Positions 61,266 through 64,000 of a stretch of DNA of 64,000 nt are shown here, piece by piece (the first letter of the stretch is position 1; every line of letters begins with the position of its first letter). A model generated the notes under the pieces. That model worked only from the letters and a program-made list of their open reading frames with translations. It searched no databases and was not told where the DNA came from. The DNA is from Saccostrea echinata (taxonomy: Eukaryota): assembly GCF_033153115.1 (NCBI RefSeq), contig NW_026889765.1, forward strand, positions 11,222,001-11,286,000. Reading direction: 5' to 3'. The translations under genes and the position numbers were made by a program.

Positions 61266-63350
61266 GTTTGTAACTGGGAAATTTTTTTCTGTGACCTAAT
61301 GGGTCATATTTAAGAATGATCACTTCTTGTAAAACTGCAGGTCAACAAGTTAGGGATTATTGTTTTTTCACTGTACGTGATTGTCTTTATGGGCGGGATT
61401 CCTTTTACCCTTGGAAGATTACCGTAAAAAATAATTATTGAGAAATTCAAGTCTTTTCTGCTGTGTATACACACATACTAACTATAGGTCACTAGTTCTA
61501 CCAGTGGCTAACAGGCCATGAAAACGCAATCTATTAATTTATCATGTTATACACTGTAACTATTTAATACCCTAACCTTCGTGAAAATCGTTCATTCGCC
61601 TGAATGTCCTAATATTAAGACTCCGATTATGGCTATTGATCGTATTATTTACCACACACCATAGTGTTTACAAAACTATATTGCATCGGGATCGAATATG
61701 CGTTATATTACAAAAAACCATACCGGAAATAATTTTCCCGGAAACCGTGACTGGGTTATGTTATAGACTCTACCGTCAAATAAGGGTTTTTTAGTTGTGT
61801 ATGAATAAAATTTGGTACTGAAAGAAGTTGGAACCTCCCCCCCCCCCCCAACCCCGAAATATTTTCAATTTTCATTTTTACTTTTTTTTTTGGCTTGACA
61901 AGTTTTTTTTCAGGTAAGTTGATTTTTTTTTCTCTGGCTGCCCCCCCCCCCACTTTTAAAAACGATGCTACGTCACTGCATATAACAAACATACTATGTA
62001 GAAAACTGAAATTCATTCTCTCTCTCTCTCTCTCTCTCTCAATTCAAATCGGAAATAAAAAATACACATATGAAGGTTTTAACCTTTAGATATATAGACG
62101 CTTTACAAGTTTCTGAATGACTATGATTATTCCTACAGTAATATCCAATCAGAGTAGGTTTAACATGGAAATTACACGTAAACAAATCGCACATCTGAAG
62201 AGACTTTTTATTGGGCAATTCCACAGGTTGCAAGGTTCACCAACATGGACGTGAGTAGGAGGAAAACCTCCAAGTTGAAATAAACCAGAATGTATATCGT
62301 GTTTCTTGAAGGGATAATTTAGTAAAAGGTAGAAATATTTCTTTATAATTTTTTATGTGTAACAATCATTTCGCACAGTCTAAAAGACAAGGAAAGAAGT
62401 TGACCTGCGAGTGTCACGTTACTGAATTTACTTGTTAACATATTGAAATCAATGTAAAATTTAACAACATACTGCGAAAATACTGATAGGTTTTATGGTT
62501 TTGAAGATATGAATTAAACTCTGGTTAAATTTCTACGGCTACAGAAGATAATGCACTGGACACGGGCACAGTACACATTAAATAGGTTTATACAGAATAT
62601 TGCAGAAATCAATATCTCAAATCTGCTGTGAAATTTATAAAAAAAAAAAAAAATATGTGTGATTTAAAATTATTTGTTAAACTGTACTTAAGTTTGTGTA
62701 TCTGCAATGAAGAGCCTACTGCCTGCAGACGACATATATACATGTACTGATCACAAAGTTAGCCAAGAAATCAATAAACATCAGGGCCAATAGCACATGT
62801 GAGAATATTCAGAAGTAGAAACTCAGTAGATCACAGTGAGAGTGTTGATTAATGACCATTAAGCATCCACACAAAGAAATCCATTATTGAACTTAATTCA
62901 GAACTTGTAAAGTAGAATTAGACAGTTTTTCTTTTTCCTATTACTATTTTATTCACTGCAGAACTTTGAGTAGTGTTCTCATTTAAAAAACAAACATACA
63001 AACAAACACAGCAGGTTCATTACAGGTACTGGCTGCTATCCTTGACTATCCTGCAGATTAATGGATTACAGGAATTGTTGTATATATATGTGACTTTCAA
63101 AAAAAATGTCAAAGTGGAGCTATGATTAAATTTTCTCTTGTTTGAATGATGTATTCTAGCTGACCAATATTTTTCAGGGTCTTATGTGGGTGGGTATGTA
63201 TTATCAGATACTGATAAATGTAGGTTTTAAATAAGATATGGACAATTTGGTAAAAAACAAAACAAAAAAAAGAATTTAAACATGATAGCACTGAAAAAGG
63301 ATTCGGTAGGGGCAATTTTGATGGGTTGGTCAGAGCACTTCAAACATAAT

Positions 63351-63693
63351 TTTTAGCTCACCTGACCTCAAATGAGCTTTTCTGATCACATGTTGTCCAT
63401 CTGTCCAGCTTCTTCTTGTTTCAACTTCTTCTCAAGAACCACTGGGCCAATTTTAACCAAAGTTGGTTCAAAGCATCCTTCTTTTTTAACATCTTCTTCT
63501 CAAGAACCACTGGGCCAGAGAAGATGGAACTTATTTGGAAGCTTCCTGAGGTAGTGTAGATTATAAATTGTTCAAATCATGACCCCTGGAGGAAGGATGG
63601 GGCCAAAATACATATTACAAGGGGGAAAATCTGATGAAGTAAGGCAGGGCCAAAGTTACTCAGGTGAGCATTGTGGCCCGTGGACCTCTTCTG
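63351..63693 (+). mobile_element. Helentron-associated element (HINE), short copy
   Basis: ttttagctcacctga...gagcttttctgatcac start and ctcaggtgagcattgtggcccgtggacctctt end; same family as 53228-53826. Confidence 0.7.
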
Positions 63694-64000
63694 ATAAGAT
63701 TTTTTTTTTTAAAGTTGCNNNNNNNNNNNNNNNNNNNNNNNNNNNNNNNNNNNNNNNNNNNNNNNNNNNNNNNNNNNNNNNNNNNNNNNNNNNNNNNNNN
63801 NNNNNNNNNNNNNNNNNNNNNNNNNNNNNNNNNNNNNNNNNNNNNNNNNNNNNNNNNNNNNNNNNNNNNNNNNNNNNNNNNNNNNNNNNNNNNNNNNNNN
63901 NNNNNNNNNNNNNNNNNNTAGAACAACCTCAGAAATATATAAGACTTACTGATATTTTAATGTCACCAATTATGATGTAAATCCTAAAATACAGTAACCT

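Larger units (their letters stand above)
47887..61774 (+). mobile_element. 13.9-kb foldback-type Mutator-like (MULE) DNA transposon
   Basis: Perfect 61-bp TIRs at 47887-47947 and 61714-61774 (GGTAGAGTCTATAACATAACCCAGTCACGGTTTCCGGGAAAATTATTTCCGGTATGGTTTT); 9-bp TSD GTCAAATAA at 47878-47886 and 61775-61783; inverted internal 21-bp arrays. Confidence 0.93.
47753..61978. mobile_element. ~330-bp 5-bp-TSD MITE split by the foldback element
   Basis: CATAT|CAGGCACGTAG..GGGGGG (47753) and CCCCCC..GCTACGTCACTG|CATAT (61978). Confidence 0.7.

Overview
AT-rich, intron-rich animal DNA from a scaffolded assembly with four N-gaps. The repeat families (a ~166-bp Cg170-like satellite inside Helentron-type elements, CvA/pearl-like elements) point to a true oyster (Ostreidae); this is inferred, not proven. 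Four host genes were reconstructed by hand from GT-AG splice sites and reading-frame continuity. (1) The 5' part of a large gel-forming-mucin/VWF-like gene on the minus strand (20 exons, 1-12345, continues beyond the left edge). (2) An intact 11-exon porphobilinogen deaminase (HMBS) homologue (+, 22203-29593, 363 aa). Its cofactor-anchoring cysteine is replaced by Tyr, and its exon-5 splice donor is amplified into a 25-copy tandem array. (3) A 2-exon stathmin-like gene (-). (4) A 2-exon orphan secreted protein rich in Asp, Arg and aromatic residues (-). The most striking structure is a 13,888-bp foldback, Mutator-like element (47887-61774) with perfect 61-bp TIRs and a 9-bp TSD (GTCAAATAA). 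It has two oppositely oriented arrays of a 21-bp unit whose core also sits inside both TIRs. It also carries a cryptic 11-exon gene, almost invisible in the ORF track, that joins a CaRF/ALS2CR8-like N-terminus to a PWWP3A/MUM1-like C-terminus, with no DDE catalytic domain. The rest is nested non-autonomous transposons, a SINE, a LINE fragment and mini/microsatellites. Protein family assignments come from recalled motifs, not database searches.
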